NCBI GenBank assembly: GCA_019348495.1
Contig: JAHWJI010000003.1
Coordinates: 1-55,051, forward strand
Reading direction: 5' to 3'
DNA length: 55,051 nucleotides
Source of the DNA: Actinomycetota bacterium
GTDB taxonomy: Bacteria > Actinomycetota > Acidimicrobiia > Acidimicrobiales > CADCSY01
In this document: one piece after another, positions 11,923 through 29,877 of the stretch
Position numbering within the stretch: position 1 is the stretch's first letter
Layout of the letters: every line of letters starts with the position of its first letter
Position numbers and translations under genes: made by a program
The notes under the pieces: generated by a model
Told to the model about the DNA's origin: nothing
Database searches by the model: none
What the model saw: the letters and a program-made list of their open reading frames with translations, nothing else

Positions 11923-12163
11923 ACCGATGGAACCGTGGCAGGGCGGGGCGCCGAAAGTGTTGACGCGCCTGGCGGTGCCGCGTACTGTCCTGCCCGTCAG
12001 GCGGTCCAGCCGTCGTTCGTTGGCGACCCCCGCAGGGGTTGCATGCTGACGCGTTCCACTGTACGTTTACGGGTTGCCGTGCCCGTGCCCTGGTGTCCCC
12101 GTTCCCTCTCCGGCGGACCCGGCGCGTCTCTCCCTCCGTTCTCCGTGTCCGAGGAGTAGCCCC

Positions 12164-15772
<3,609 letters not shown>

Positions 15773-15787
15773 TGCTGGGAGGCACCG

Positions 15788-19783
<3,996 letters not shown>

Positions 19784-19825
19784 ACCGGCCCGACCGAGGG
19801 AGCGCCCGGGGCGGCCTGCGCTTCC

Positions 19826-19866
19826 GGCAGTGGAACCGTGGCCGTGAACACAACGGTTCCACTGCC
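19826..19866 (+). terminator. strong hairpin downstream of rpoC
   Basis: GGCAGTGGAACCGT / ACGGTTCCACTGCC 14-bp perfect stem, 13-nt loop, no T-run. Confidence 0.5.
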
Positions 19867-19891
19867 AGAACGTCCCCACTACTGTCTTGCC

Positions 19892-20452
19892 ATGGTCTTT
19901 CGACGTTCTCGACCGCCGGAGTACCATGGTCCCTGGTCGGCCGCCGTCGAGCTGGCCCATCGCCTGCAGACAGGAGACTGCCTGCCCAGCCTGGCCAGCC
20001 AGGTCCTATTGGGGCCCGGCGAGACCTTGCATGCCAGTGTTGGCGCCGGTTGCTGGCGCCGGTACGGCGTGAACACCATGTACGAGCAACGCCAGGTCTT
20101 GGCCTTCGGAGGCCTCGGGATGCTGGGGCTGACCGCAGCGGCATCCGCCGTCGGGAACCGTCGTCGTCGGGCTGAGGCTCGCGCGTATGCCGTGGAGCAG
20201 TGGCGCCCGCTCGGCGAGCTCTGGGTGCTCGCTACGGACCGACGGCTGTTGCTGCTCCACCAGAATGTGTGGACGTCCGTCTGGTACAGCGGAATCCGCC
20301 AAGTTCTGCCCTGCCCCCATGAGTGGAGGATGGAACTGATGCTCGAGGGCGACCATCCCTACGGCTTCCAGGGCGAGTGGGTGCCGTACCTCAGCGTGGT
20401 CCTCGTCTACCTCCTGTGGGCTGAGATCGTCTACCTCCTGCCACCAGGTTGA
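19892..20452 (+). CDS. hypothetical Trp-rich membrane protein (possible PH-like fold)
   Basis: ORF 19838-20452; the GTG at 19838 lies inside the rpoC hairpin, so ATG 19892 is preferred. Central TM (VLAFGGLGMLGLTAAASAV) and C-terminal hydrophobic tail. More A/T-ending codons than neighbours. No family recognised. Confidence 0.5.
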   Translation: MVFRRSRPPEYHGPWSAAVELAHRLQTGDCLPSLASQVLLGPGETLHASVGAGCWRRYGVNTMYEQRQVLAFGGLGMLGLTAAASAVGNRRRRAEARAYAVEQWRPLGELWVLATDRRLLLLHQNVWTSVWYSGIRQVLPCPHEWRMELMLEGDHPYGFQGEWVPYLSVVLVYLLWAEIVYLLPPG

Positions 20453-20561
20453 TCCCATCCCGGCGATGCTGTTGGAGAATCGACAAGTCTCGTGCGCAAG
20501 ATTTCCGAGAAACGGAACTCACGCGCACGAGACCTCAGCCGGCCCTCTCGGTCCACGCAGG

Positions 20562-20591
20562 TTGTCCTCGTCGCGCTTCGCCTCGTAGACT
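20562..20591 (+). promoter_or_regulatory. candidate sigma-A promoter of the str operon (TTGTCC-N18-TAGACT)
   Basis: The -10-like TAGACT ends 9 nt before the rpsL GTG, and no Shine-Dalgarno lies between them. Confidence 0.3.
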
Positions 20592-20600
20592 CAACCCTTC

Positions 20601-20972
20601 GTGCCCACCATCCAGCAGCTGGTCCGCAAGGGCCGAGAGTCCAAGCCCGAGAAGGGCAAGACCGCCGCCCTCAAGGGCGCCCCGCAACGTCGCGGTGTCT
20701 GTACCCGCGTCTACACCAACACTCCGAAGAAGCCCAACTCCGCCTTGCGCAAGGTGGCCCGGGTGCGCCTCACCAGCGGGATGGAGATCACCGCTTACAT
20801 CCCCGGAGAGGGTCACAACCTCCAGGAGCACTCCATCGTCCTGGTGCGCGGCGGCCGGGTGAAGGACCTCCCCGGTGTGCGCTACAAGGTCATCCGCGGT
20901 GCGCTCGACGCCGCCGGTGTGCGCGATCGCAAGCAGGCCCGGAGCCGCTACGGCGCCAAGAAGGGCGCGTAG
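20601..20972 (+). CDS. rpsL: 30S ribosomal protein S12
   Basis: (M)[11 protein letters not shown]...[16 protein letters not shown]; GTG start. Confidence 0.96.
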   Translation: MPTIQQLVRKGRESKPEKGKTAALKGAPQRRGVCTRVYTNTPKKPNSALRKVARVRLTSGMEITAYIPGEGHNLQEHSIVLVRGGRVKDLPGVRYKVIRGALDAAGVRDRKQARSRYGAKKGA

Positions 20973-20975
20973 CCC

Positions 20976-21446
20976 GTGCCCCGCAAAGGTCCCCCGCCCC
21001 GCCGCCAGCTCATGCCCGACCCGATCTACCACTCGCTGCTGGTCACCCAGATGGTCAACAAGGTGCTCCAGCGGGGCAAGCGCTCCACCGCCGAGCGCAT
21101 CGTCTACGACGCCCTCGACATCATCAAGGACAAGACCGGCGCCGAGCCCATCACCACCCTCAAGCGGGCCATGGAGAACGTCAAGCCCGCCCTCGAGGTG
21201 AAGAGCAGGCGGGTCGGCGGCGCCACCTACCAGGTGCCGGTGGAAGTTCCCGCCCGGCGGGCCAACACCCTCTCCATCCGCTGGGTCGTGGGCTACGCCC
21301 GCCAGCGCCGGGAGAAGACCATGGCCGAGCGCATGGCCAATGAGCTGCTCGACGCCTCCAATGGCATCGGGGCCAGCATGAAGCGCAAGGAAGACCTGCA
21401 GAAGATGGCCGAGTCGAACAAGGCCTTCGCCCACTACCGCTGGTAG
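20976..21446 (+). CDS. rpsG: 30S ribosomal protein S7
   Basis: [18 protein letters not shown]...[19 protein letters not shown]. Confidence 0.96.
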   Translation: MPRKGPPPRRQLMPDPIYHSLLVTQMVNKVLQRGKRSTAERIVYDALDIIKDKTGAEPITTLKRAMENVKPALEVKSRRVGGATYQVPVEVPARRANTLSIRWVVGYARQRREKTMAERMANELLDASNGIGASMKRKEDLQKMAESNKAFAHYRW

Positions 21447-21564
21447 AGGGCCGTCCCGTGCGTCGTCCTCGCCGCTAGGCTGACGACAGCTCCGCGGCTC
21501 CGGCCGCAGCCGTCATTCCCCTCTAGTCGCGGCAGGCTCACGCGCATCCCGCGAAGGAGTTCCC

Positions 21565-23661
21565 ATGAGCGCAAGTCGCCAGACGCCTCTCGGCCGTGTC
21601 CGCAACATCGGGATCATGGCCCACATCGACGCGGGCAAGACCACGACGACCGAGCGCATCCTCTACTACACGGGGAAGAACTACAAGATCGGCGAGGTTC
21701 ACGAGGGTGCTGCCACCATGGACTGGATGGTCCAGGAGCAGGAGCGGGGCATCACCATCACCTCGGCGGCCACCACCTGCAAGTGGCATGACCACACCAT
21801 CAACATCATCGACACCCCGGGACACGTCGACTTCACCGTCGAGGTCGAGCGGTCGCTACGGGTGCTCGACGGCGCCGTAGCCGTCTTCGACGCCGTCTCC
21901 GGGGTCGAGCCCCAGTCCGAGACGGTGTGGCGCCAGGCCAACAAGTACGGCGTCCCCCGCATCTGCTTCATCAACAAGATGGACCGCATCGGGGCCGACT
22001 TCTTCGCCGCCGTCGACTCCATCGAGGACCGGCTGCAGGCCAAGGTGGCCGTGGTCCAGATCCCCATCGGTGCCGAAGGCCACTTCCGAGGCGTGGTCGA
22101 CCTCATCAACATGAAGGGCCTGGTGTGGGCCGACGCCGACGGCGAGAAGGGTGAGGAGTGGGCCGTCACCGACGTGCCCGATGAGTTGGTGGCCGAGGCC
22201 GAGGCCTGGCGGGCCAAGCTCCTCGACGTGCTCTCCGACTTCGACGACATCATCCTCGAGAAGTACGCCGGCGACGGGGAGATCACCGCTGACGACCTGC
22301 GTCACGCCCTGCGTCGGGGCACGATCGCCAGCCAGTGCGTCCCCGTGCTGTGCGGCTCGGCCTTCAAGAACAAGGGTGTGCAGCCCATGCTCGACGCGGT
22401 GGTCGACTTCCTGCCCGCGCCTCCCGACCTGGCTGCCATCAAGGGCATCGACGTCAAGGGCATCGAGGAGCTGGAGCGGCCGGCCAACGACGCCGAGCCC
22501 TTCGCCGCGCTGGCGTTCAAGATCATGAGCGACCCCCACGTGGGCAAGCTCACCTACTTCCGGGTCTACTCCGGGACCCTCGAAGCCGGGTCCTACGTCT
22601 ACAACTCCACCAAGGACCGCAAGGAGCGGGTGGGCCGCCTGCTGCAGATGCACGCCAACACCCGGGCCGATCTCGATGCCTGCTTCGCCGGCGACATCGT
22701 CGCCGCCATCGGTCTGAAGGGCACCACCACCGGTGACACGCTCTCCGATCCCGATCGGCCCATCGTGTTGGAGGCCATCGACTTTCCCGAGCCCGTCATC
22801 CACGTGGCCGTGGAGCCCAAGACCAAGTCCGACCAGGACAAGCTGGGCAAGGCCCTCCAGGCGCTGTCCGAGGAGGACCCCACCTTCCAGGTGCGCACCG
22901 ACGAGGACACCGGCCAGACCGTGATCTCGGGACAGGGCGAGCTCCACCTCGAGGTGATCGTCGACCGCATGCTGCGGGAGTTCAAGGTCGACGCCACCGT
23001 GGGCAAGCCCCAGGTGGCCTACCGCGAGACCATCACCGCCCCGGCGCACAAGGTGGTCTACCGCCACGTCAAGCAGACCGGTGGCTCGGGCCAGTACGCC
23101 CACGTGGTCATCGACCTCGAGCCCACCGGTCCCGGTGGGGGCTACGAGTTCATCGACAAGATCACCGGCGCCCGCATCCCCAAGGAGTTCATCCCCTCGG
23201 TCGACCAGGGCATCCAGCAGTCGCTGGCCTCGGGCGTGCTGGCCGGCTACCCCGTGGTCGACGTGCGGGCGATCCTCACCGACGGCTCCAGCCACGACGT
23301 CGACTCCTCTGAGATGGCGTTCAAGATCGCCGGCTCCATGGTGTTCAAAGAGGCGGCCCGAAAGTCCAAGCCGGCGCTGCTCGAGCCCATCATGGCCGTG
23401 GAGGTGGTGACCCCTGAGGACTACATGGGCGACGTGTTCGGCGACCTCAACGCCCGCCGGGGCAAGGTGGAGGCCAGCGAGCAGCGGGGCAACAGCATGG
23501 CCATCCGGGCCCAGGTGCCCCTGTCCGACATGTTCGGATACGCTACCGACCTGCGCTCGCGCACCCAGGGCCGTGCCACCTACACCATGCAGTTCCACTC
23601 CTACCAGCAGGTCCCCAAGGCCATCGCCGAGGAGATCGTGGCCCGGGTCCGGGGCGAGTAG
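21565..23661 (+). CDS. fusA: elongation factor G
   Basis: [34 protein letters not shown] GTPase motifs; 698 aa. Confidence 0.96.
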   Translation: MSASRQTPLGRVRNIGIMAHIDAGKTTTTERILYYTGKNYKIGEVHEGAATMDWMVQEQERGITITSAATTCKWHDHTINIIDTPGHVDFTVEVERSLRVLDGAVAVFDAVSGVEPQSETVWRQANKYGVPRICFINKMDRIGADFFAAVDSIEDRLQAKVAVVQIPIGAEGHFRGVVDLINMKGLVWADADGEKGEEWAVTDVPDELVAEAEAWRAKLLDVLSDFDDIILEKYAGDGEITADDLRHALRRGTIASQCVPVLCGSAFKNKGVQPMLDAVVDFLPAPPDLAAIKGIDVKGIEELERPANDAEPFAALAFKIMSDPHVGKLTYFRVYSGTLEAGSYVYNSTKDRKERVGRLLQMHANTRADLDACFAGDIVAAIGLKGTTTGDTLSDPDRPIVLEAIDFPEPVIHVAVEPKTKSDQDKLGKALQALSEEDPTFQVRTDEDTGQTVISGQGELHLEVIVDRMLREFKVDATVGKPQVAYRETITAPAHKVVYRHVKQTGGSGQYAHVVIDLEPTGPGGGYEFIDKITGARIPKEFIPSVDQGIQQSLASGVLAGYPVVDVRAILTDGSSHDVDSSEMAFKIAGSMVFKEAARKSKPALLEPIMAVEVVTPEDYMGDVFGDLNARRGKVEASEQRGNSMAIRAQVPLSDMFGYATDLRSRTQGRATYTMQFHSYQQVPKAIAEEIVARVRGE

Positions 23662-23722
23662 CCCGGTGCCAGCCACCGTACGTCGATGATGGAAGCGACC
23701 CCTCGAAAGGAACGTTGAGCAC

Positions 23723-24910
23723 ATGGCCAAGGCGAAGTTCGAGCGCACCAAGCCCCACCTGAACGTGGGCACGATGGGCCACATCGACCACGGCAAGACC
23801 ACCCTCACGGCGGCGATCACCAAGGTGCTGGCCGAGGACAACCCCAACGTCAAGGCCATGGCCTTCGACCAGATCGACAAGGCGCCCGAGGAGAAGGCCC
23901 GCGGCATCACCATCTCCATCGCCCACGTCGAGTACGAGACGCCCAACCGCCACTACGCCCACGTCGACATGCCGGGCCACGCCGACTACATCAAGAACAT
24001 GATCACCGGCGCCGCCCAGGTCGACGGCGCCATCCTGGTGGTCTCCGCCGCCGATGGGCCGATGCCCCAGACCCGTGAACACGTGCTGCTGGCCCGCCAG
24101 GTGGGGGTGCCCTCGATCGTTGTGGCCCTCAACAAGGCCGACATGGTCGACGACGAGGAGCTGCTCGACCTGGTGGAGCTCGAGGTGCGGGAGCTGCTCA
24201 GCGAGTACGAGTTCCCCGGCGACGACACCCCGGTCGTACGGGTCTCGGCCCTCAAGGCCCTCGAGGGGGACGAGGCGGCCAAGGCGCAGGTGCTCGAGTT
24301 GATGGAGGCGGTCGACACCTTCGTCGCCGAGCCCACCCGTGAGCTCGACAAGCCCTTCCTCATGCCCATCGAAGACGTCTTCTCCATCACCGGCCGAGGC
24401 ACGGTGGTGACCGGCAAGGTGGAGCAGGGCGCGGTCCACACCGGCGACACGGTGGAGATCGTGGGCATCCGGCCCACCCAGTCGACCACCTGCACAGGCG
24501 TGGAGATGTTCCGCAAGATCCTCGACGAGGGTCGGGCCGGGGACAACATCGGCGCGCTGTTGCGGGGGACCAAGAAGGAGGACGTGGAGCGGGGTCAGGT
24601 GCTGTGCAAGCCCGGGTCGATCACGCCCCACACCCAGTTCGAGGGCCAGGTCTACGTGCTGACCAAGGAGGAGGGCGGGCGCCACAAGCCCTTCTTCAAC
24701 AACTACCGGCCCCAGTTCTACTTCCGCACCACCGACATCACCGGCCAGATCACCCTGCCCGAGGGCACCGAGATGATCATGCCCGGCGACAACATCGCCA
24801 TCACCGTCGAGCTGATCAACCCCATCGCCATGGACGAGGGCCTGCGCTTCGCCATCCGCGAGGGCGGCCGTACCGTGGGCGCCGGGCGCGTCACGAAGAT
24901 CCTCAAGTGA
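23723..24910 (+). CDS. tuf: elongation factor Tu
   Basis: [29 protein letters not shown]; 395 aa. Confidence 0.97.
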   Translation: MAKAKFERTKPHLNVGTMGHIDHGKTTLTAAITKVLAEDNPNVKAMAFDQIDKAPEEKARGITISIAHVEYETPNRHYAHVDMPGHADYIKNMITGAAQVDGAILVVSAADGPMPQTREHVLLARQVGVPSIVVALNKADMVDDEELLDLVELEVRELLSEYEFPGDDTPVVRVSALKALEGDEAAKAQVLELMEAVDTFVAEPTRELDKPFLMPIEDVFSITGRGTVVTGKVEQGAVHTGDTVEIVGIRPTQSTTCTGVEMFRKILDEGRAGDNIGALLRGTKKEDVERGQVLCKPGSITPHTQFEGQVYVLTKEEGGRHKPFFNNYRPQFYFRTTDITGQITLPEGTEMIMPGDNIAITVELINPIAMDEGLRFAIREGGRTVGAGRVTKILK

Positions 24911-24937
24911 CCGGCAGGGCAGCGCCGAAGGGGCCTG

Positions 24938-24958
24938 GTCCTGCCGGAACGGCAGGAC
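24938..24958 (+). terminator. hairpin after tuf (GTCCTGCCG-GAA-CGGCAGGAC)
   Basis: 9-bp perfect stem. Its left arm can alternatively pair with CCGGCAGG at 24911-24918. Confidence 0.35.
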
Positions 24959-25013
24959 AGCGCCTCGGAGGGGCATCGGGTCTTTCGGGGGTTTCCGGGG
25001 GCGGAGCCCCCGG

Positions 25014-25328
25014 ATGAGCCAGAAGATCCGCATCCGGCTCAAGGCCTACGACCACGAGGTCATCGACCAGTCGACCAAGAAGATCGTCGAGACGGCGATC
25101 CGCACGCAGGCAACCATCCGGGGACCGGTGCCGCTGCCCACCGAGAAGCACCGTTACACGGTGATCCGCTCGCCCCACAAGGACAAGGACTCCAGGGAGC
25201 ACTTCGAGATGCGCATCCACAAGCGCCTGCTCGACATCCTCGAGCCCTCGGCCAAGACGGTCGATTCGCTGCAGCGTCTCGACCTGCCGGCCGGGGTCGA
25301 CATCGAGATCAAGATCCAACAGGCGTAA
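25014..25328 (+). CDS. rpsJ: 30S ribosomal protein S10
   Basis: [25 protein letters not shown]...[28 protein letters not shown]. Confidence 0.96.
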   Translation: MSQKIRIRLKAYDHEVIDQSTKKIVETAIRTQATIRGPVPLPTEKHRYTVIRSPHKDKDSREHFEMRIHKRLLDILEPSAKTVDSLQRLDLPAGVDIEIKIQQA

Positions 25329-25329
25329 C

Positions 25330-25388
25330 CGGCGAGCTTCGCTCGCCGAAGGACAAAGCCAAAGCCTCGCCTCGGCGAGGCTCTTTTC
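25330..25388 (+). terminator. two tandem hairpins after rpsJ, the second a rho-independent-type terminator (probably bidirectional)
   Basis: CGGCGAGC-TTC-GCTCGCCG (25330-25348). AGCCTCGC-CTCG-GCGAGGCT (25363-25382) is followed by CTTTTCC. T-rich tracts on the minus strand as well. Confidence 0.55.
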
Positions 25389-25499
25389 CGGGTTCCGACG
25401 GGCCCCGCGGCCCCTCCCCTCGGCGTCACTCGCCCCCGCTGGCGTCAGGTAGACCTCGACCACCTCGGCGGAGACCTCGACCACCACTGCTCCGGTGTG

Positions 25500-25916
25500 T
25501 CAGGGGCCCTGGGCTGGAGGCTGCGCCTCGCCGGGTTCCAGCGGTCGCATGATCAGGTCGATGGCGGTCCACAGGGTCTTCGACGACGGGAAGAAGGCCA
25601 GGGGCACCACGATGGCGGTGAGGGCGGCGGCGAGCACGAGGGGAGCCATGCGGTAGGTCGGGTGTGACAGCACCAGGCCGGTGACGACGACCACGAACAG
25701 GATGGTGAACGACACGATGGTGTTCATCCCCAGCGCCCCCACCCAGTGGCCCTCGATGCGCTCGAAGCGCAACCCGCAGTGCGGGCACCGCTCGGCCATG
25801 GTGAACCAGTGGCGGAACAATCCGCCCCGACCGCAGACGGGGCACCGCCTGGCCAACCCCCGAGCGAGCATCAGGGTGGCCGGGACGATGTCAAGGGTGC
25901 CGGGCATCAGGTGCAC
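25500..25916 (-). CDS. DUF983-like zinc-ribbon membrane protein
   Basis: [10 protein letters not shown]...CPHCGLRF double CxxC followed by two TM helices; GTG 25916 or ATG 25907. Family call is from memory of the DUF983 pattern. Confidence 0.65.
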   Translation of the reverse strand: MHLMPGTLDIVPATLMLARGLARRCPVCGRGGLFRHWFTMAERCPHCGLRFERIEGHWVGALGMNTIVSFTILFVVVVTGLVLSHPTYRMAPLVLAAALTAIVVPLAFFPSSKTLWTAIDLIMRPLEPGEAQPPAQGP

Positions 25917-26294
25917 CAGCGGCGAGACCCGCCCTCGGAGTCGACGACCTGGCCGGCCAGCAGCCGTCCGGCCGCGGCGCAGCCGACAGCTGAGCGCCGG
26001 CTCACCCCTGTCACCATGGCGACTCGCCTGGCCAGCGGCGAATGGTCACGCATCCAGCGTACGGGCGACGCACGGGTCAAGTGGTCGTCCTCACCCGACG
26101 CAGCTATGCTGCTCCTCTGCACCTGGCACCCTGCCGGGGCCCGCTCCAACCAACTGACGTCCGCGCCGGTCCTGGGGGCCTCCTCACGGGGAGCATCCCG
26201 AGCGGATACCGCGTGGCACAACCGATCGGCGCTCCGCCGGGGCTTTCTCCCCGTGCGGAGCGTTCGCGTGAAGAACGAGAGATGGAACTTCCTG

Positions 26295-26936
26295 ATGGCC
26301 GACAAAGCGCTGGTGGGCGAGAAGGTGGGCATGACCCAGGTCTGGGACGACCAGAACCGGGTCGTGCCCGTCACCGTCCTCAAGGTCTCCCCGTGCCGGG
26401 TGGTCCAGATCAAGCGGCCCGAGAGCGACGGCTACAGCGCCCTGCAGGTGACCTACGGCAACAAGAAGGTCCGTTCGATGACCAAGCCCGAGGCCGGGCA
26501 CTTCGACAAGGCGGCCGTGGAGCCCGGTGTGCGTCTGGTTGAGCTGCGCATGGACGACACCAACGGCTACGAGCTCGGCCAGGAGCTGGGCGCCGACCTC
26601 TTCGCCCCGGGGATGCGGATCGACGTGACCGCGGTCAGCAAGGGCAAGGGGACCGCCGGTGGGATGAAGCGGCACAACTTCAAGGGCCTCCCGGCGTCGC
26701 ACGGCGCCCACCGGGTCCACCGGGCGCCGGGCGCCATCGGCGCCTGTGCCACGCCCGCCCGGGTGTTCAAGGGCACCCGCATGGCCGGGCGCATGGGTGC
26801 GGCCAAGGTGACCACGCTCAACCTGGAGATCGTCTCGGCCGACGTCGAACGAGAGCTGGTCCTGGTCAAGGGTTCGGTCCCCGGGCCCAGGGGTGGCTTG
26901 GTGCTGGTCCGCAACGCCATCAAAGGCAGGCCGTGA
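26295..26936 (+). CDS. rplC: 50S ribosomal protein L3
   Basis: [17 protein letters not shown]...; C-terminal part of track ORF 25746-26936. Start set at ATG 26295. Confidence 0.93.
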   Translation: MADKALVGEKVGMTQVWDDQNRVVPVTVLKVSPCRVVQIKRPESDGYSALQVTYGNKKVRSMTKPEAGHFDKAAVEPGVRLVELRMDDTNGYELGQELGADLFAPGMRIDVTAVSKGKGTAGGMKRHNFKGLPASHGAHRVHRAPGAIGACATPARVFKGTRMAGRMGAAKVTTLNLEIVSADVERELVLVKGSVPGPRGGLVLVRNAIKGRP

Positions 26937-27616
26937 TGACCGACACGCAGTCGGCAAACCCGACCGACACCGCCACCGAGGCGGCACCTGGGGCGCCGGG
27001 CCTGCGCGTCGCCGTGCGCGACGGCGCCGGTAACAGTGCAGGCGAGGTGGAGCTGGACGCCTCACTGTTCGGGATGACGCCCAACGTGGCCCTCATGCAC
27101 CAGGTGGTGACCGCGCAACTGGCGGCTGCCCGCTCGGGCACGCAATCGACCCAGACCCGGGCCGAGGCCCGAGGGGGCGGGGCCAAGCCCTGGCGCCAGA
27201 AGGGGACGGGGCGGGCCCGACAGGGCTCGATCCGCTCCCCCCAGTGGCGCGGTGGTGGTGTGGCCCTGGGTCCCAAGCCCCGTTCGTACCGGCAGCGGAC
27301 GCCCAAGAAGATGGTGCGGGGCGCGCTGGCCTCGGCGCTGTCCGACCGGGCCGCCGATGGGCGCATCGTCGTGGTGTCCTCGTGGGACTTCGCCACGCCG
27401 AGCACCAAGGCGGCCAGGGCGGCGCTCGACGCCCTCGGTGTCACCGGTCGGGTCCTGGTGGTGCTGTCGCCGGGGACGGACATCGCCCGCAAGAGCTTCC
27501 GCAACTTGCCCGACGTCCACACCCTGGCCGTGGGTGAGCTCAACGCCTACGACGTGTTGTGCAGCGACTGGGTCGTGTTCACCCGTGACAACCTGCCGAG
27601 AGGGGGAGCGCGCTGA
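26933..27616 (+). CDS. rplD: 50S ribosomal protein L4
   Basis: [27 protein letters not shown] motif; about 24-aa N-terminal extension. Confidence 0.94.
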   Translation: MMTDTQSANPTDTATEAAPGAPGLRVAVRDGAGNSAGEVELDASLFGMTPNVALMHQVVTAQLAAARSGTQSTQTRAEARGGGAKPWRQKGTGRARQGSIRSPQWRGGGVALGPKPRSYRQRTPKKMVRGALASALSDRAADGRIVVVSSWDFATPSTKAARAALDALGVTGRVLVVLSPGTDIARKSFRNLPDVHTLAVGELNAYDVLCSDWVVFTRDNLPRGGAR

Positions 27617-27903
27617 TGGACCCCCACCAGGTGATCAAGCAGCCGGTCGTCAGCGAGAAGTCCTACGCCCTGCTCGACGAGGGTGCCTACACCTTCCAGA
27701 TCCACCCCGACGCCAACAAGATCCAGGTGCGCAAGGCGGTCGAGGAGCTCTTCGGGGTCACCGTGCACAAGGTGACCACGCTCAACCGCAAGGGCAAGCG
27801 CAAGCGCAACCGGCGCAACGGCACCTACGGGAGCCGCCCCGACACCAAGCGGGCCGTGGTCACCCTCGTCGAGGGTGACCGCATCGACCTCTTCGAGAGT
27901 TAG
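27616..27903 (+). CDS. rplW: 50S ribosomal protein L23
   Basis: VIKQPVVSEKSYALLDEGAYTFQIHPDANKIQVRKAVEELFGV. Confidence 0.94.
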   Translation: MDPHQVIKQPVVSEKSYALLDEGAYTFQIHPDANKIQVRKAVEELFGVTVHKVTTLNRKGKRKRNRRNGTYGSRPDTKRAVVTLVEGDRIDLFES

Positions 27904-27912
27904 GCCAACGAC

Positions 27913-28749
27913 ATGCCCCTGCGCAAGCGCAAGCCCACCAGCGCCGGTCGTCGGTTCCAGACCGTGGCCGACTTCTCCGAGATCACCAAGGACCACCCCG
28001 AGCGCTCGCTGCTCGCGCCCCGCTCGTCTACGGGCGGGCGCAACAACCACGGCCGCAAGACCGCCCGCCACCGAGGTGGCGGCCACAAGCAGCAGTACCG
28101 CATCATCGACTTCAAGCGGACCAAGGACGGCGTGCCGGCCACGGTGGCGGCCATCGAGTACGACCCCAACCGCAACGCCCGCATCGCCCTGTTGCACTAC
28201 CACGACGGCGAGAAGCGCTACATCCTCGCCCCCGCCCGCGTGGCCGTCGGTGACGTCCTCCGCAGCGGCCAGGGCTCGGACATCCGACCCGGCAACGCCC
28301 TGGCCATGCGCTTCATCCCGGTGGGCACCACCATCCACAACGTCGAGCTCAAGCCCGGGGCCGGCGCCCGCATGGCCCGCAGCGCCGGGGCCAGCGTGCA
28401 GCTCGTGGCCAAGGAGGGCGACTTCGTCACCCTGCGCCTGCCCAGCACGGAGATGCGTCGGGTCCCCATCGACTGCCGAGCCACCGTCGGCGAGGTGGGC
28501 AACGCCGAGGCCGAGTTGGTCTCCATCGGCAAGGCCGGCCGCAACCGCTGGAAGGGCGTCCGGCCCCAGACCCGGGGCGTGGCCATGAACCCCGTCGACC
28601 ACCCGCTCGGCGGTGGTGAGGGCAAGACCTCCGGTGGGCGCCACCCGGTGTCGCCGTGGGGCAAGCCTGAAGGCCGCACCCGGTCGGGCAAGAAGGATTC
28701 CGACAAGATGATCGTCCGTCGTCGCCGCACCCGCGGTGCCCGACGCTAG
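27913..28749 (+). CDS. rplB: 50S ribosomal protein L2
   Basis: [13 protein letters not shown]...[26 protein letters not shown]. Confidence 0.96.
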   Translation: MPLRKRKPTSAGRRFQTVADFSEITKDHPERSLLAPRSSTGGRNNHGRKTARHRGGGHKQQYRIIDFKRTKDGVPATVAAIEYDPNRNARIALLHYHDGEKRYILAPARVAVGDVLRSGQGSDIRPGNALAMRFIPVGTTIHNVELKPGAGARMARSAGASVQLVAKEGDFVTLRLPSTEMRRVPIDCRATVGEVGNAEAELVSIGKAGRNRWKGVRPQTRGVAMNPVDHPLGGGEGKTSGGRHPVSPWGKPEGRTRSGKKDSDKMIVRRRRTRGARR

Positions 28750-28761
28750 GAGGGGGGCCAC

Positions 28762-29040
28762 ATGCCGCGCAGCCTGAAGAAGGGCCCGTTCGTCGACGAC
28801 CACCTGCTCAAGAAGGTCGACGACCTGAACAGCCAGAGGGAGAAGCGGGTCGTCAAGACCTGGTCCCGGCGCTCCACGGTCATCCCCGAGATGGTCGGCC
28901 ACACCATTGCCGTCCACGACGGACGCAAGCACGTGCCCGTCTACATCACCGAGTCGATGGTCGGTCACAAGCTCGGGGAGTTCGCACCGACGCGGACGTT
29001 CCGCTTCCACGCCGGCCAAGAGCGTGGCGGAAGGCGCTGA
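28762..29040 (+). CDS. rpsS: 30S ribosomal protein S19
   Basis: [19 protein letters not shown]...[17 protein letters not shown]. Confidence 0.96.
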   Translation: MPRSLKKGPFVDDHLLKKVDDLNSQREKRVVKTWSRRSTVIPEMVGHTIAVHDGRKHVPVYITESMVGHKLGEFAPTRTFRFHAGQERGGRR

Positions 29041-29041
29041 G

Positions 29042-29875
29042 ATGACGGCGACCTACAACGCTCGGCCGGGTCAGCCGGCAGGGACAGTGGCGCGCGTGCG
29101 CTACGTGCGCATGTCAGCCACCAAGGCGCGTGCGGTGCTGGACCTCATCCGTGGGGCCGAGGTGGCGACCGCCGGGGAGACGCTGCGGTTCTGCGAGCGC
29201 GACGCCGCCGCGGTCGTGGCCAAGCTACTGCGCTCGGCCATCGCCAACGCCGAGCACAACGACGACCAGATTGCCGACGACCTCGTGGTGTCAGCCTGCT
29301 GGGCCGACGAAGGCCGCACCATCCGCCGCTTCCGTCCCCGTGCCCGGGGCCGTGCCACCCGCATCCGCAAGCGCACCTGCCACATCACCATCGTGGTCAG
29401 TCGCATGACCGAGGAGCAGCTCGAGCGTCGGCGCAACCGCCAGGCGGCCCGCCCCGCCACCCGCGCCTCCCGCCGCGCCGGCCAGGAAGCCGCTGAAGAG
29501 CGCACTCCGAGCCGCACCCGCCGGCGCCGCACCAAGGGCCGCGGCGGGGCCGCGGCAACCACGCCGGCAGCACCCACGCCCTCACCCAGCGAGCGGGCTC
29601 AGCCCGAACCCGGGCAGCCCGACCCCGACGAGCAGCAGCTCGAAGCCGGGAAGTCCGAACAGCCAGAAGCAGCCGAGGCGACATCGACCCAAGGTCCCCA
29701 ACCAGAGCAAGAGCCCGAAGCAACCCAAGACGACGGCTTGGGCCTGTTCGATGCGCCTGAGGAGACGGAGCCAGAAGTGACCCGAGCAGCGCAACCAACG
29801 TCAGACACTCCGCCGAAGGCGGACGCTGATCCAGGGGCTCCCCAACAGAAGCCTGAAGGAACAGGGGGAGCCTGA
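29042..29875 (+). CDS. rplV: 50S ribosomal protein L22 with about 150-aa C-terminal low-complexity extension
   Basis: [22 protein letters not shown]...[22 protein letters not shown] core. The frame stays open for 277 aa to a TGA 2 nt before the rpsC ATG. Confidence 0.88.
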   Translation: MTATYNARPGQPAGTVARVRYVRMSATKARAVLDLIRGAEVATAGETLRFCERDAAAVVAKLLRSAIANAEHNDDQIADDLVVSACWADEGRTIRRFRPRARGRATRIRKRTCHITIVVSRMTEEQLERRRNRQAARPATRASRRAGQEAAEERTPSRTRRRRTKGRGGAAATTPAAPTPSPSERAQPEPGQPDPDEQQLEAGKSEQPEAAEATSTQGPQPEQEPEATQDDGLGLFDAPEETEPEVTRAAQPTSDTPPKADADPGAPQQKPEGTGGA

Positions 29876-29877
29876 CC

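Noticed and set aside
25920-26063. Minus-strand peptide ...[33 protein letters not shown] resembling an SDR TGxxxGxG N-terminus (possible pseudogene remnant in the rplC leader)
   Set aside because: The resemblance is short and imperfect and the spacing of the Gly motif is wrong. Such Ala/Gly/Val strings arise easily in GC-rich DNA. It cannot be supported without a search.
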